Source: Spirochaetia bacterium
GTDB lineage: Bacteria; Spirochaetota; Spirochaetia; SP-2023
Length of the DNA: 64,000 bases
NCBI GenBank assembly: GCA_965225855.1
Contig: CBDDCK010000005.1
Coordinates: 1,376,001-1,440,000, forward strand
Direction of reading: 5' to 3'
A program made the position numbers and the translations under genes. The notes beneath the pieces are model-generated. The model worked only from the letters and a program-made list of their open reading frames with translations. It was not told where the DNA came from and did no database searches. Shown in pieces: positions 18,584-28,851 of this stretch. Numbering within the stretch: the stretch's first letter is position 1; the number at the start of each line of letters is the position of its first letter.

Positions 18584-18745
18584 CTTGCTACAATATAGCT
18601 TTCCGCCTTGGATCAAGGTCTTGATCCAAGGCGGAACAATGCATTACTCCAATGCGGAAAGCTATATTGTAGTAATACGGAACAATACTTTATACCAATG
18701 CGGATCAAGGCATTACTCCAAGTGGGAAAGCTATATTGTAGCAAG
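18584..18745. repeat. 162-bp MITE/REPIN-like element with 21-bp terminal inverted repeats
   Basis: CTTGCTACAATATAGCTTTCC...GGAAAGCTATATTGTAGCAAG; internal 17-bp perfect hairpin (18601-18636) and 32-bp near-direct repeats (18641, 18710). Confidence 0.75.
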
Positions 18746-18929
18746 ACAGGCGATGACTTGTAGATTGGCATCGGCAAACCAATTGCCCAATTGCGTTTGT
18801 ATGTGCGTTTGTATGGCTATTTCGGTTTGTTGCTTTGGGCTGGTTGGTTTGGGGGGGTGGGGTGTCTTTGGCTGGGGGGTGGTGTTTGGTTGTGAAGTTT
18901 TGAGGGGGTGAGTATCAAGCTTTATCGAA

Positions 18930-19502
18930 TTACCGAGCGCCCGAACGCCCATAAAGGCATAGGGTAGAACCACCGTAAAACTTACAACGCTCTAAAGCCA
19001 AACCATTATGCAATATGGCAGGTAATACAGGCTGTTCTTGTTTTTGTTTTGGTAAATGCATGATAACCAAGCCATCAGGACGCAACAATTGCGAACGAAT
19101 GGCATGCAATAGCTCAATTTTATGTCCCATTCTAAAAGGAGGGTCTAAATAAATCACATCAAATGCCTCGGCAGCTGTGCTATTGCGCCGCAGATAATCG
19201 AGCGCATCCATAATATGCAACTTCCAAGGAATATCTAAAATAGCTAAATTCTGCTCTAAAATCTTACGCTTACGGCTATCACTTTCAACCACTTCTACAT
19301 AGCTACCCCCGCGGGAAGCAGCCTCTACCGCCATTATCGCCGAACCGCAAAATACATCTAAAAAACGCAACCCCTCTAAACTGCCATAACGGGAATACAA
19401 GATGGAGAAAATAGCTTCACGCATTCTCGCCATTACCGGCCGTATATTGGTTTTAGGGCATTGCAAAAGGCGGCCTTTGTAAAGGCCGCCACTGATACGC
19501 AT
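18930..19502 (-). CDS. rsmD: 16S rRNA (guanine966-N2)-methyltransferase RsmD
   Basis: MRISGGLYKGR, REAIFSIL, EAASRG, FDVIYLDPPF. Confidence 0.93.
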   Translation of the reverse strand: MRISGGLYKGRLLQCPKTNIRPVMARMREAIFSILYSRYGSLEGLRFLDVFCGSAIMAVEAASRGGSYVEVVESDSRKRKILEQNLAILDIPWKLHIMDALDYLRRNSTAAEAFDVIYLDPPFRMGHKIELLHAIRSQLLRPDGLVIMHLPKQKQEQPVLPAILHNGLALERCKFYGGSTLCLYGRSGAR

Positions 19503-19522
19503 TATCTATTAAGATTTATCTA

Positions 19523-21100
19523 TTAAGATTCCAGCAGCTTCATATATTCTTGCAATAAGGGGCTAGCCTCGCCCTTGAGGATGGTATTGGTAAGCAACTT
19601 GCCCAATTGCACACCCTCTTGATCAAAAGAGTTAATATTCCAAGCAAATCCCTGAAACATAACTTTATTTTCAAAATGGGCTAATAAAGACCCGAGCACA
19701 CGCGGAGTGAGCTGCTTACCATAAATCAACGAAGAGGTCCGTTTACCCGGAAAATTCTTATTGGCGTTCTGCTTATTGGATTGCCCCAAAGCAAACGCAG
19801 CTATCTGGGCGCAGAGGTTGGCATTCAGCTTCTTCTGACTACTACAGCCGGCAAACTCAACATCTCTGGGCACCTGCGGTAAGCTAAAACCGATAAATTG
19901 CAGCGGCACCGGCGTTGTACCTTGGTGCAACATTTGATAAAACGAATGTTGGCCATTGGTTCCAGGCTCACCAAAAACAATAGGGCCTGTCATATAACCA
20001 ATCCGTTCACCATTGCGGTTTACCTGCTTGCCATTAGACTCCATATCCAACTGCTGTAAATGCGCAGGAAAGCGCAACAAAGCCTGTGAATACGGAAGTA
20101 CTGCAGTTGTCGCATGGCCACAGACATTGCGTTCCCACACACCAATCATCGCATCCATCATGGCAGCGTTCTCTCGAATATCACTATTGACCAAGGCATT
20201 TTTATCGGCTTCAGCCGCACCATCAAGCAATTCAGCAAAAACCCCTTGCCCAAAAGCTAAAGACAGAATAACCCCACCCACTGCACTTGTAGCAGAATAA
20301 CGGCCACCAATATAATCATCAATATAAAAAGAATTTAAATAAGCTGGATTATTGGCCAATGGGCTAGTGGCACTGGTTACCACCACCATATGGCGTGCAG
20401 CTTGTATCGCAACCCCTCGGCGCTTACCCTCACTCTCTAACCAACGCAGGGCAAAATTCTCATTGGCAAGCGTTTCCTGTGTTGTACCGCTCTTGGAAAC
20501 AAGAATAAATAAAGTCGTCTCAGGATTCAAACTTTGCAACACCGTGTTAGGGTCATCTGGGTCAACATTAGAAATAAACTCCGCACGCAATTTAGGGCGC
20601 AGTAAACCAGCCAAACCAATATATAATGCACGCGGCCCTAAATCAGAACCACCAATACCAATTTGCACTACAGTATCAAATGCCTTCCCTGTAGAACCTT
20701 CAAGCTGCCCTTGGTGTATCGCATTAGCAAATTGAGCAATACACTCCTTCTGCTCAACATAAAAAGCCCGTAGATTTTTACCATCTTCAAGCACATCTTT
20801 ATCCAATTGACCACGCAATAAATGGTGTAAAACTTTGCGGCTTTCGCCCGTATTCATAATTTCGCCTGAAACCAAAGCTTGATATTTATCCAACAATTCT
20901 TGCTCTTCAGCCAATTTACTTAACAAGTCAATAATATCATCATTGACACCACGGGCAGCATAGTTAAAAGTTAGGCCCGAAGCAATTTCAATATTCCGTT
21001 TACTAATAGTATCGGGAGTAAGTACCTCTTTCAACTGTGGGATACCAGCATTCTCCAGCATTTGGTAATGGACACAACGATCTAAATTGCGAAAATTCAT
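19523..21100 (-). CDS. pgi: Glucose-6-phosphate isomerase
   Basis: IGIGGSDLGP, SKSGTTQET, GGRYS, QQLDMESNGK, GTNGQHSFYQMLHQG, NSFDQEGVQLGK. Confidence 0.98.
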   Translation of the reverse strand: MNFRNLDRCVHYQMLENAGIPQLKEVLTPDTISKRNIEIASGLTFNYAARGVNDDIIDLLSKLAEEQELLDKYQALVSGEIMNTGESRKVLHHLLRGQLDKDVLEDGKNLRAFYVEQKECIAQFANAIHQGQLEGSTGKAFDTVVQIGIGGSDLGPRALYIGLAGLLRPKLRAEFISNVDPDDPNTVLQSLNPETTLFILVSKSGTTQETLANENFALRWLESEGKRRGVAIQAARHMVVVTSATSPLANNPAYLNSFYIDDYIGGRYSATSAVGGVILSLAFGQGVFAELLDGAAEADKNALVNSDIRENAAMMDAMIGVWERNVCGHATTAVLPYSQALLRFPAHLQQLDMESNGKQVNRNGERIGYMTGPIVFGEPGTNGQHSFYQMLHQGTTPVPLQFIGFSLPQVPRDVEFAGCSSQKKLNANLCAQIAAFALGQSNKQNANKNFPGKRTSSLIYGKQLTPRVLGSLLAHFENKVMFQGFAWNINSFDQEGVQLGKLLTNTILKGEASPLLQEYMKLLES

Positions 21101-21392
21101 AAAAAACTCCTGAAATACATGAAGAAATCAAGTTACATTCAAACAGTTAGCTTGATTCTACATTTCATAAATATTTTTGCTGATTATATAAGACCTGTAA
21201 TATATGGCAAGGAATTTTTAAAGCAGCATCGGTATTATAAAACTCTATAGTCAGATTTTAAACTAAAATTTTTCCAATAATAGAATATAAAGATCAAACT
21301 CATAAACAACTTAATAAAGGTTTGAATATCCCATTATGAAAAAAGCTATATATTCCCACTTTACCAAAAGGAATACATAGCTTTATAGATAA

Positions 21393-21485
21393 TTATTTCT
21401 TTTTCTTGTGTCGATTTTTCCGCAAGCGTTTCTTTCGCTTGTGAGTGGCTATCTTTTTACGTTTTCGTTTTTTCCCTGAAGGCAC
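21393..21485 (-). CDS. 30-aa basic protein of the bS22/AURKAIP1-COX24 (mS38-like) family
   Basis: GTG start after AAGGAG; MPSGKKRKRKKIATHKRKKRLRKNRHKKKK. Confidence 0.88.
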   Translation of the reverse strand: MPSGKKRKRKKIATHKRKKRLRKNRHKKKK

Positions 21486-21516
21486 TCCGGACTCCTTACG
21501 TATAAAATTCTGTATA

Positions 21517-21590
21517 TGGAGGCAAAGGGATTCGAACCCTTGACCCTCGGCTTGCAAAGCCGATGCTCTAGCCAACTGAGCTATGCCCCC
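21517..21590 (-). tRNA. tRNA-Ala(TGC)
   Basis: GGGGGCATAGCTCAG...TTTGCAAG...GGTTCGAATCC...GCCTCCA; G3:U70; upstream TTGACA-16-TATGCT; CCA not encoded. Confidence 0.97.
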
Positions 21591-21720
21591 GAGTAACTTG
21601 CAAGCAAGCATATCAATCTTCTGATATTTGTCAATTGAATATCATCAATATTTAGCAAATAATTTATTGGTTCTATAATGATTTTTTAAAGGCCCAAAGC
21701 GAATATTTTAAGAGAAATAT

Positions 21721-22371
21721 TTACAAACGTATACCAAGCCAATAACAATCTTTTAAGTCGCAATTAGCATTATTCGGTAAGCCAGTAAAACCTATTTTAT
21801 GGTAAAAACCGATAGCCGCTTGATTATTAGAATCAACCCCTAAATGCACCCCACAAGACCCAGCCTTCGATAATAAGTTCAATTGAGCCAACAACAATCG
21901 TTTTCCAGCACCTTGGCCTTGACATTCTGGGAGCAAATCAATATGTAAATGGGAGGGATAATCCTTAAAATGTGATGGCATATCTTCTAATTGCGCCGCT
22001 TTTTGTATAATATTTTGCTCTAGCAACTGTAACTCTTGGGCATTCCAGCTATCTTTTTGCATTTGTTGGTATTTGTTACGCAATGGTGGCCACCAAGAAT
22101 TTTCCAATTGCAACATAAATTGTAAGCTATCTAATGCAGCAATACAATAACCTTTAATATTAGTATTTTGTTCCATGAGTAATAGGCAGTATTCGGCTGC
22201 AAAAATAGCATAGGGAGCTGCATATATATGGCCCAACAATTTAGGGTCTGTATAGTATGCACTGGCATCTTTACCTGCCATACCCGTTTTTAAGCAAATA
22301 TCATAAAGAGCAGCTAATTTTTGCTCTTTAGAAATTACAATATTGCTAAAACGATCTATCTTATATTCCAT
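21721..22371 (-). CDS. GNAT family N-acetyltransferase
   Basis: YPSHLHIDLLPECQGQGAGKRLL, GVHLGV...NQAAIGFYHKIGF. Confidence 0.9.
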   Translation of the reverse strand: MEYKIDRFSNIVISKEQKLAALYDICLKTGMAGKDASAYYTDPKLLGHIYAAPYAIFAAEYCLLLMEQNTNIKGYCIAALDSLQFMLQLENSWWPPLRNKYQQMQKDSWNAQELQLLEQNIIQKAAQLEDMPSHFKDYPSHLHIDLLPECQGQGAGKRLLLAQLNLLSKAGSCGVHLGVDSNNQAAIGFYHKIGFTGLPNNANCDLKDCYWLGIRL

Positions 22372-22662
22372 AATAACCTACTTTCATTTTTACGATTGAA
22401 TATCATAAATTATAGAGATTATATTGAAATTTATAGCGAAATCCATAGTTATCTTGATAGTAATTTTCCAATACTTACAATTGATTTCAACCAATATACT
22501 GAATTATCTAAAATTGAATCATATATATATCAAAATTTTTTACAAAATCAAAAGATATAATAAAGAAAGTTTATATAATTTTTGATAAAAATAAAATATC
22601 ATATTTAAAAATCAATTATATAATATTATTGATAGAAATCAATCGAATAATAAACAACAGAA

Positions 22663-24145
22663 TTACTTATTATTAAGTAATACGGTTTTATTTAACATAA
22701 TCTTTAGTAGTATAAAACCAGTAGTTAGTACCCAATAAATAGCATATAGGGCTAAAGCTGAGTAATAAGCTTTTTGTTTTATCCACTGTACCGATATGAT
22801 AATCGGTAGTAGTCCTAAAAGACCAAAGCCTGTAGCTGCTAAATAATCACGCACCGCATCATTTTGATAATAAGGGTCCAATATAGTTAGTAAAGCCATG
22901 CCGGTACAGGTGGTTTTTATCATTCCAATCTAGATTACCAGTGCATATTGTTGGTATTTGAAGCCAAAATAATGCTTAGCCAAAATAAAATACAATAGCT
23001 TTAGCAGTATAAAACTACTAAAAGCCCAAATAGCAATACCATCTACATAAGCCCATATTAACATAACAGAAATACAACCAATACTAGAACAAACCATTAT
23101 CTTTAGCAAAAACTTAGCTAAAAGATTCAAAATTTCCTGCCAACTTATTTGATATGCAACTTTCCTTTGCTGAAGTTCCATTGTTGCCAATTACTTTCTA
23201 TTTCCTGTGAAAAAACTTTTGAATCCTGCCCTAGTCTGATATTCCCAAACTGGGGAAATCATACAATACAGACGAATAAAAGCCATAATTGCCAATGCAC
23301 AAAATACAAAGCTAACGCTGTGCAAAGTATCCATTAAAACTAACAAATTTAAACCCGTCCAACTGCGCCAATACCACAACAATATCTCAATCATTTCCAA
23401 AAGCAACAAAGCTAGACCATAACTAATAAAAATATGTATTAGAGAACGGTAATAATCAATATCTTGAACTACCGGCCTAGATATTTCTTTGTTTTGTGTT
23501 AGATATTCTGCTCGATTTTCTTGGTAATTATCAGTATGCTGAATAATATTTTTTGACTTTGCTTTATCAAATATTTGTAGAGCAAGTAAACCACCCAAGC
23601 TAGCCCATATCTAAACCTAAAGCTCCAAAAGTTAAACCTATATCACCCAAACTAAAAGCATTGGAATCCTGCCATTGTTTACCAATGGCATAAGACTGTG
23701 TACGACCCAAAGCATAACCTAAAGCCACAAACAGCCCTAATACGATAGGAAGTTCCTCATACCATAATAAAGCCAGCAAGAAAGCTAAACCAAGCCCCAT
23801 TAAAGCTTGCATACCATAGTGCCATAAAATAGATAGTACGGTTCCGCTCAATTGATTAAATGCCTTAGATTCTTTATTTTAACTTTGATACTGAAGGTAA
23901 TTAGAGCTACCTTTCAAATATAAAGTAATGTAAAAAATATCTAATAAGTAGGTTGTAAAGGTCTTGAGCCAACCCTTAGACAAGCCCAATTCAGGAAGGC
24001 TATTATAAAATACAGCTAGTAAAATACCGTCTGTAATAGCTTCGGGCATTTGTATTTGCTTCAAGAAAGTCACTTGATGCAACATTGCGGCTAAGCATAA
24101 AGCCAAAGCCAAAAATATCAATTGCCAAATAGGGTTTTGTAACAT
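22663..24145 (-). pseudogene. Degraded multi-pass membrane protein gene (about 490 codons)
   Basis: Five hydrophobic ORF pieces; in-frame stops at 23879 (TAA), 23191 (TAA), 22930 (TAG) and a frameshift near 23600. Confidence 0.7.
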
Positions 24146-24227
24146 TTTCTATATAACTTTTAACCATTGAACTTTAATGATTGTAAAATATATAGATATA
24201 AAATGATTGATAATATCGGCTTATTTT

Positions 24228-24262
24228 AAAGGGAGAAATCTTGGTAAAAAATTTCTCCCTTT
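24228..24262 (-). terminator. Terminator of the ribosomal superoperon
   Basis: AAAGGGAGAAAT-loop-ATTTCTCCCTTT downstream of rplQ. Confidence 0.75.
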
Positions 24263-24292
24263 TCCTTTATGATAAACCCTACAGATTGACAA

Positions 24293-24682
24293 TTATCTTT
24301 TCCTGCGAACTTCTGGTTCTTCCAAACCATGGCCAACTAATTCTATTAGAGCCATTTCGGCTGCATCATGGCGGCGCAATCCTATTTTTATCACACGAGT
24401 ATAACCACCAGGACGATTGGCAAACTCTGGAGCAATCTCGGTAAATAATTTTTTCACAATTGCCCTATCAGTAATCAACTTTGCAACTTCACGACGATTA
24501 TGAACAGAATCTACCCTTGCATGGGTAATTAGTTTTTCCACTTTACGACGAACAGCTTTTGCTTTGGGTAGTGTTGTCTTTACACGACCATAACGAAAAA
24601 CCGAAGTAGTCATATTTCGATAAATGGCTTTGCGATGCGAAGCTTTTACACCAAGACAGTCAATACCATTACGCTTATTCAT
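24293..24682 (-). CDS. rplQ: 50S ribosomal protein L17
   Basis: HRKAIYRNM, TTLPKAK, RPGGYTRVIK. Confidence 0.97.
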   Translation of the reverse strand: MNKRNGIDCLGVKASHRKAIYRNMTTSVFRYGRVKTTLPKAKAVRRKVEKLITHARVDSVHNRREVAKLITDRAIVKKLFTEIAPEFANRPGGYTRVIKIGLRRHDAAEMALIELVGHGLEEPEVRRKR

Positions 24683-24691
24683 ATATTCCCC

Positions 24692-25735
24692 TTATTGGAT
24701 TTCATCTAATTTGACTGACTTTAAAACTACATTAAAATCAGACATACCAAAACCAAGCCCCCAGGATGCCAATTTATCCCGAATTTCCTGTAATGATTTT
24801 TTACCAAAGTTACGTGTTTTGGCAATGTCATCTTCTGTCCAGCTAATTAATTCACCGACAGTACGGATTTGAGCACTACGCAAACAATTACTAGAGCGAA
24901 CCGATAACTCTAATTCATCGACAGTTCGCTCCATTAAATTTTTAATTTTCAATTCACTTTTACTAATTTCTGCTTCAGCAACAATCAAACTTTCATCAAA
25001 ATTAATAAAAGCAGAATACTGTTCTTTTGCCAATTTGGCTGCTTCTGCTACAGCATCAGCAGGGTTCAAAGTACCATTGGTTTCTACTTCCAAAATTAAC
25101 TTATCATAATCAGAACGCTGGCCCACACGAGTTGGCTCTACAGAAAAACGAACCCAATCAATCGGACTAAAATTGCAATCCAAAGTAATGGTACCAACCA
25201 TCTCTATAAGGTCTTGATTATCTTCAGAACTGCGATACCCTCTACCAAAATCAATCAACGCTTCTATTTCCAAACAAGTATCTGACATAAATGTGGCCAA
25301 ATGATGTTCTTTATTGTGAACTCGAACACCTTCTTCTACCTCAAAGTGTATACCTGTTAATTTACCTTTACCTTGCACTTTAACAAGAATAGTTTTTGGG
25401 TCTTGATTTTCACTATCGAGTAAAGATATATTCAGCTTTTTTAAATTAGAAATAAATGTCAAGGTATCTTCGACCATACCAGGAACAATATCAAACTCAC
25501 TGGAGACTGTTTTAGCCACACCTTCAAAATCATAGTGAATAATACGCATAGCAGAAATTGCATATCCTTGAATGGATGATAACAAAATCCTACGCAAACT
25601 ATTACCTATGGTGGCACCATAACCATGTTCAAAGGGATAAGCAATAAAACGACCGTAATTTTCACGCTTTTCTTCAGTCTCAAAATAAATTTCCTTAGGG
25701 CGTTTCAAACCACGCAGCAGATTTGCTCTGGCCAT
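24692..25735 (-). CDS. rpoA: RNA polymerase alpha subunit
   Basis: GNSLRRILLSSIQG, ELELSVRSSNCL, NFGKKSLQEI. Confidence 0.98.
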   Translation of the reverse strand: MARANLLRGLKRPKEIYFETEEKRENYGRFIAYPFEHGYGATIGNSLRRILLSSIQGYAISAMRIIHYDFEGVAKTVSSEFDIVPGMVEDTLTFISNLKKLNISLLDSENQDPKTILVKVQGKGKLTGIHFEVEEGVRVHNKEHHLATFMSDTCLEIEALIDFGRGYRSSEDNQDLIEMVGTITLDCNFSPIDWVRFSVEPTRVGQRSDYDKLILEVETNGTLNPADAVAEAAKLAKEQYSAFINFDESLIVAEAEISKSELKIKNLMERTVDELELSVRSSNCLRSAQIRTVGELISWTEDDIAKTRNFGKKSLQEIRDKLASWGLGFGMSDFNVVLKSVKLDEIQ

Positions 25736-25780
25736 ATTGTAATTCTCCGTTAATTTGCCTTATTCAATCTCTCTAAAAGA

Positions 25781-26158
25781 TTAAACTCGGCGGCTCTTTT
25801 TAGGCCGACAACCATTGTGAGGAATCGGTGTTACATCTCGAATACTTTGCACGTGAAGACCTACATTTCCCAGAGAACGAATTGCTGCTTCTCGCCCAAT
25901 ACCTGGGCCCTTCACGAAAACATAAATATCTGACAACCCTACTTCCTTAGCTTTATTACCTGCAGTCTCTGTAGTTAATTGCGCAGCAAAAGGAGTAGAT
26001 TTTTTCCCTCCGCGAAAACCCAGTGCCCCTGCACTTGCATTCACAATTGCATTACCCTGCAAATCAGTAATCGTAACAATAATATTATTAAACGTAGCCT
26101 GAATATAAACATTTCCTTCATGGACTGTTCTTTTTTCTTTTTTCTTTGCCTTAGCCAA
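25781..26158 (-). CDS. rpsK: 30S ribosomal protein S11
   Basis: [21 protein letters not shown]. Confidence 0.98.
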   Translation of the reverse strand: MAKAKKKEKRTVHEGNVYIQATFNNIIVTITDLQGNAIVNASAGALGFRGGKKSTPFAAQLTTETAGNKAKEVGLSDIYVFVKGPGIGREAAIRSLGNVGLHVQSIRDVTPIPHNGCRPKKSRRV

Positions 26159-26182
26159 AGCTATGTCCTCCTGATAATTAGC

Positions 26183-26551
26183 TTATTTTTTCTTGTTGGC
26201 AACTGTTTTCGCCTTACCCTTACGAGTACGAGCATTGGTTTTCGTCCGCTGACCACGAACAGGCAAGCCGGAACGATGACGCAAACCACGATAACAAGCA
26301 ATATCTCTTAGACGTTTAATATTCAAAGCCACTTCGGAACGAAGAGAACCCTCTACTTTATATTCGTTATCAATTAATTTGCGCAGATCATTGATCTCTT
26401 CTGCACTCAAATTATTAATTTTTACACTAGGGTCTAATTTTAGCTTTTCACAAATTTGATGGGCAGTCGAACGACCTATACCATAAATTGCTGTCAATGC
26501 AATCTCTGTATGTTTATTTGGCAAATCAACACCAGATATACGTGCCGCCAT
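26183..26551 (-). CDS. rpsM: 30S ribosomal protein S13
   Basis: [26 protein letters not shown]. Confidence 0.98.
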   Translation of the reverse strand: MAARISGVDLPNKHTEIALTAIYGIGRSTAHQICEKLKLDPSVKINNLSAEEINDLRKLIDNEYKVEGSLRSEVALNIKRLRDIACYRGLRHRSGLPVRGQRTKTNARTRKGKAKTVANKKK

Positions 26552-26563
26552 TAAATACTCCTA

Positions 26564-26683
26564 TTAACCTTTCTGTCTCTGCTTATGCTTTGGATTTGAG
26601 TGGCAAATAACTCGTACAACACCACAACGACGAATTACTTTACAATGTTCACAGATTGGCTTTACACTTGCACGAACCTTCAT
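26564..26683 (-). CDS. rpmJ: 50S ribosomal protein L36 (not in ORF track)
   Basis: Manual translation [39 protein letters not shown]. Confidence 0.97.
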   Translation of the reverse strand: MKVRASVKPICEHCKVIRRCGVVRVICHSNPKHKQRQKG

Positions 26684-26746
26684 AATTTTCTCCTATAATT
26701 TGTAAACGATTCCAGTTTAAAAACAAGAAACGCAGTACTTTCTAAT

Positions 26747-28066
26747 TTATAAATTCCTAGATCGTATACGCCCTTTTTTCAAAAGACCATCATGATTATG
26801 CATTTTTAAATGACCTTCAATCTGACTCATCGTATCCAAATTTACACCAACCATGATCAATAAAGAAGTACCCCCCATCAAATATGCCACCTGCAATGGG
26901 AAACGAAATAGCACTAACATCATAGTCGGAACAACAGCGATAAAAGCTAAAAATATCGCCCCAGGAAAAACGACCCGATTCAACACTTTACTTAAATAGG
27001 ATTCCAAATTCTCTGTACGAATACCCGGAACAGAGCCATTATTTTCCCGGATTTGGCGAGCAATTTCTATCGGATTCATCGTAACTTGCGTATAAAAATA
27101 AGCAAAAAATATTATCAGTAAAACATAAATAAACGTATTGCCAAAACCACCAGGAGACATCGCAATTACAAACCCTTGCAACCAATTCACACGCTGTACT
27201 AAAGTTCCCAAAACAAAAGCCAAAAATTGCAACACAGCTTGACCAAAGATCACGGGTATCACACCAGATGGATTGAGTTTAAATGGAATATAGCTACTTT
27301 GCCCTTGATACATACGCTGACCAACCACTCGGTTGGCATAACGTACAGGTATACGCCGCTGGGCATGTTGTTCATAAACAATAAAAACAACTAATACAAC
27401 AAACACCCCTAATGCTAGCAACCCAAAGATCGGATTGATTTGGTCTGGCATTTGCTGCTGCAATATCCCAATGGCTTCTGGCAAACGAACAACAATGCCA
27501 GTAAAAATTATCAATGAAGCCCCATTGCCGATACCGTGGGCAGTAATTTGTTCTCCTAGCCACATGATAATTAAAGTACCGGTAGTAACGGTAATTATGG
27601 AAATCAACATGAACGTAAATGGAGTCAATGTTGGATAAATTAACCCAGAAGTATCTCCTTTCAATTGGGGCAAAAAAGCTGCTTGTAAAATAGCTAAAAC
27701 CAAAGTCCCATAGCGCGTATAACGCTTAACCAAATTGCGCCCGCCATCTTGTTCGGCCAATCGCTTCAGTGCTGGAACAGCAATCATCAACAACTGCATA
27801 ATAATAGACATCGAAATATAGGGCATAATACCCAACATAAAGACAGAATAATTATTAAAAGCTCCTCCAGAAAAAAAATCAAAATAATCAGAAAGCGAAA
27901 AACCACTACCACTAGTAGTCGATAATTGGCTCTGCAGAGCAACAATATTAATACCCGGAATAGGAATAAAAGTCCCAATACGATAACAAATCAAAATAAT
28001 AATTGTAAAAATGATTTTTTTACGTAAATCTGATATCCGAAATATATCGCCTATAGAGCTTGCCAT
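26747..28066 (-). CDS. secY: Preprotein translocase SecY
   Basis: LGIMPYISMSII, GIGNGASLIIF, SGVIPVIF, GGTSLLIMVGV. Confidence 0.98.
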   Translation of the reverse strand: MASSIGDIFRISDLRKKIIFTIIILICYRIGTFIPIPGINIVALQSQLSTTSGSGFSLSDYFDFFSGGAFNNYSVFMLGIMPYISMSIIMQLLMIAVPALKRLAEQDGGRNLVKRYTRYGTLVLAILQAAFLPQLKGDTSGLIYPTLTPFTFMLISIITVTTGTLIIMWLGEQITAHGIGNGASLIIFTGIVVRLPEAIGILQQQMPDQINPIFGLLALGVFVVLVVFIVYEQHAQRRIPVRYANRVVGQRMYQGQSSYIPFKLNPSGVIPVIFGQAVLQFLAFVLGTLVQRVNWLQGFVIAMSPGGFGNTFIYVLLIIFFAYFYTQVTMNPIEIARQIRENNGSVPGIRTENLESYLSKVLNRVVFPGAIFLAFIAVVPTMMLVLFRFPLQVAYLMGGTSLLIMVGVNLDTMSQIEGHLKMHNHDGLLKKGRIRSRNL

Positions 28067-28096
28067 ATCAATTCCCTTGACTCCAATTTGCTACTA

Positions 28097-28567
28097 TTAA
28101 GCTTTACCCGAGCAATATTCAAGAACAGTAACTTTTCCACCCAATTCCTCAATTCGTAAGCGCGCAGCCTCCGATATACCAGAAATTTCGACTATCAAAT
28201 TTTTACGACTAAAATCACCACGATTTAAAATCTTGACATTCGCTTCACTTTTCTTAATTAAACCCTTTGCCCGAAGAGTTGCTAAATTAACGGTTTCGGA
28301 ATCAGAATAAACATTTTCCAGACGGTCTAAATTTACAACAATCCAAGTCTTTTTAAAACGATGATTGGAAAATCCCCTCACTGCCAAACGGCGATACAAA
28401 GGAATTTGACCACCTTCAAACCCCATACGAACCCCTCCGCCCGAACGAGCTTTCTGACCTTTCTGACCTTTTCCAGAAGTTTTACCCAATCCACTACCTG
28501 TACCACGACCAACAATTTTACGTTTCTTCCTTGAACAAGGTGCAGGCTTTAATTCATAAATAGACAC
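28097..28567 (-). CDS. rplO: 50S ribosomal protein L15
   Basis: GRGTGSGLGKTSGKGQKGQKAR, GFEGGQIPLYRR. Confidence 0.98.
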   Translation of the reverse strand: MSIYELKPAPCSRKKRKIVGRGTGSGLGKTSGKGQKGQKARSGGGVRMGFEGGQIPLYRRLAVRGFSNHRFKKTWIVVNLDRLENVYSDSETVNLATLRAKGLIKKSEANVKILNRGDFSRKNLIVEISGISEAARLRIEELGGKVTVLEYCSGKA

Positions 28568-28647
28568 TCATATTCTCCATATATTCGCAAACCTATCAAA
28601 AACACACATTACAAAAACAGTCTTCAGAATAGGTCTATTTGTTATAA

Positions 28648-28824
28648 TTACAATTCTTTTATATCGACCAAATGAGCAACAACACGCAACATTCCATCTA
28701 TGTTTGGAGTTTTTTCAAAAACAGAAGAAGAATTGATTTTACCCAATTTTAGGGCCTTTGCTGTCTTTCGCACAGCTGGACGTTGACCAATCGTACTACG
28801 CTTTAATGTAATTTGAACCTGCAT
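28648..28824 (-). CDS. rpmD: 50S ribosomal protein L30 (not in ORF track)
   Basis: Manual translation MQVQITLKRSTIGQRPAVRKTAKALKLGKIN...IDGMLRVVAHLVDIKEL. Confidence 0.95.
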   Translation of the reverse strand: MQVQITLKRSTIGQRPAVRKTAKALKLGKINSSSVFEKTPNIDGMLRVVAHLVDIKEL

Positions 28825-28851
28825 TACTATTTATCCCTATTTTGATCGAAT

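Noticed and set aside
18549..18973. ORFs 18549-18911(+) and 18731-18973(-)
   Set aside because: Low-complexity translations of the palindromic element and GT-rich tract; no SD or protein-like composition
21393..21611. 72-aa ORF through tRNA-Ala and 61-aa ORF 51456-51641 through tRNA-Ser
   Set aside because: They overlap tRNA genes; only the last 30 codons of the first are a real gene
24692..26747. Absence of rpsD, adk, map and infA from the spc/alpha region
   Set aside because: A similar reduced arrangement is known from Borrelia and Treponema, so not notable
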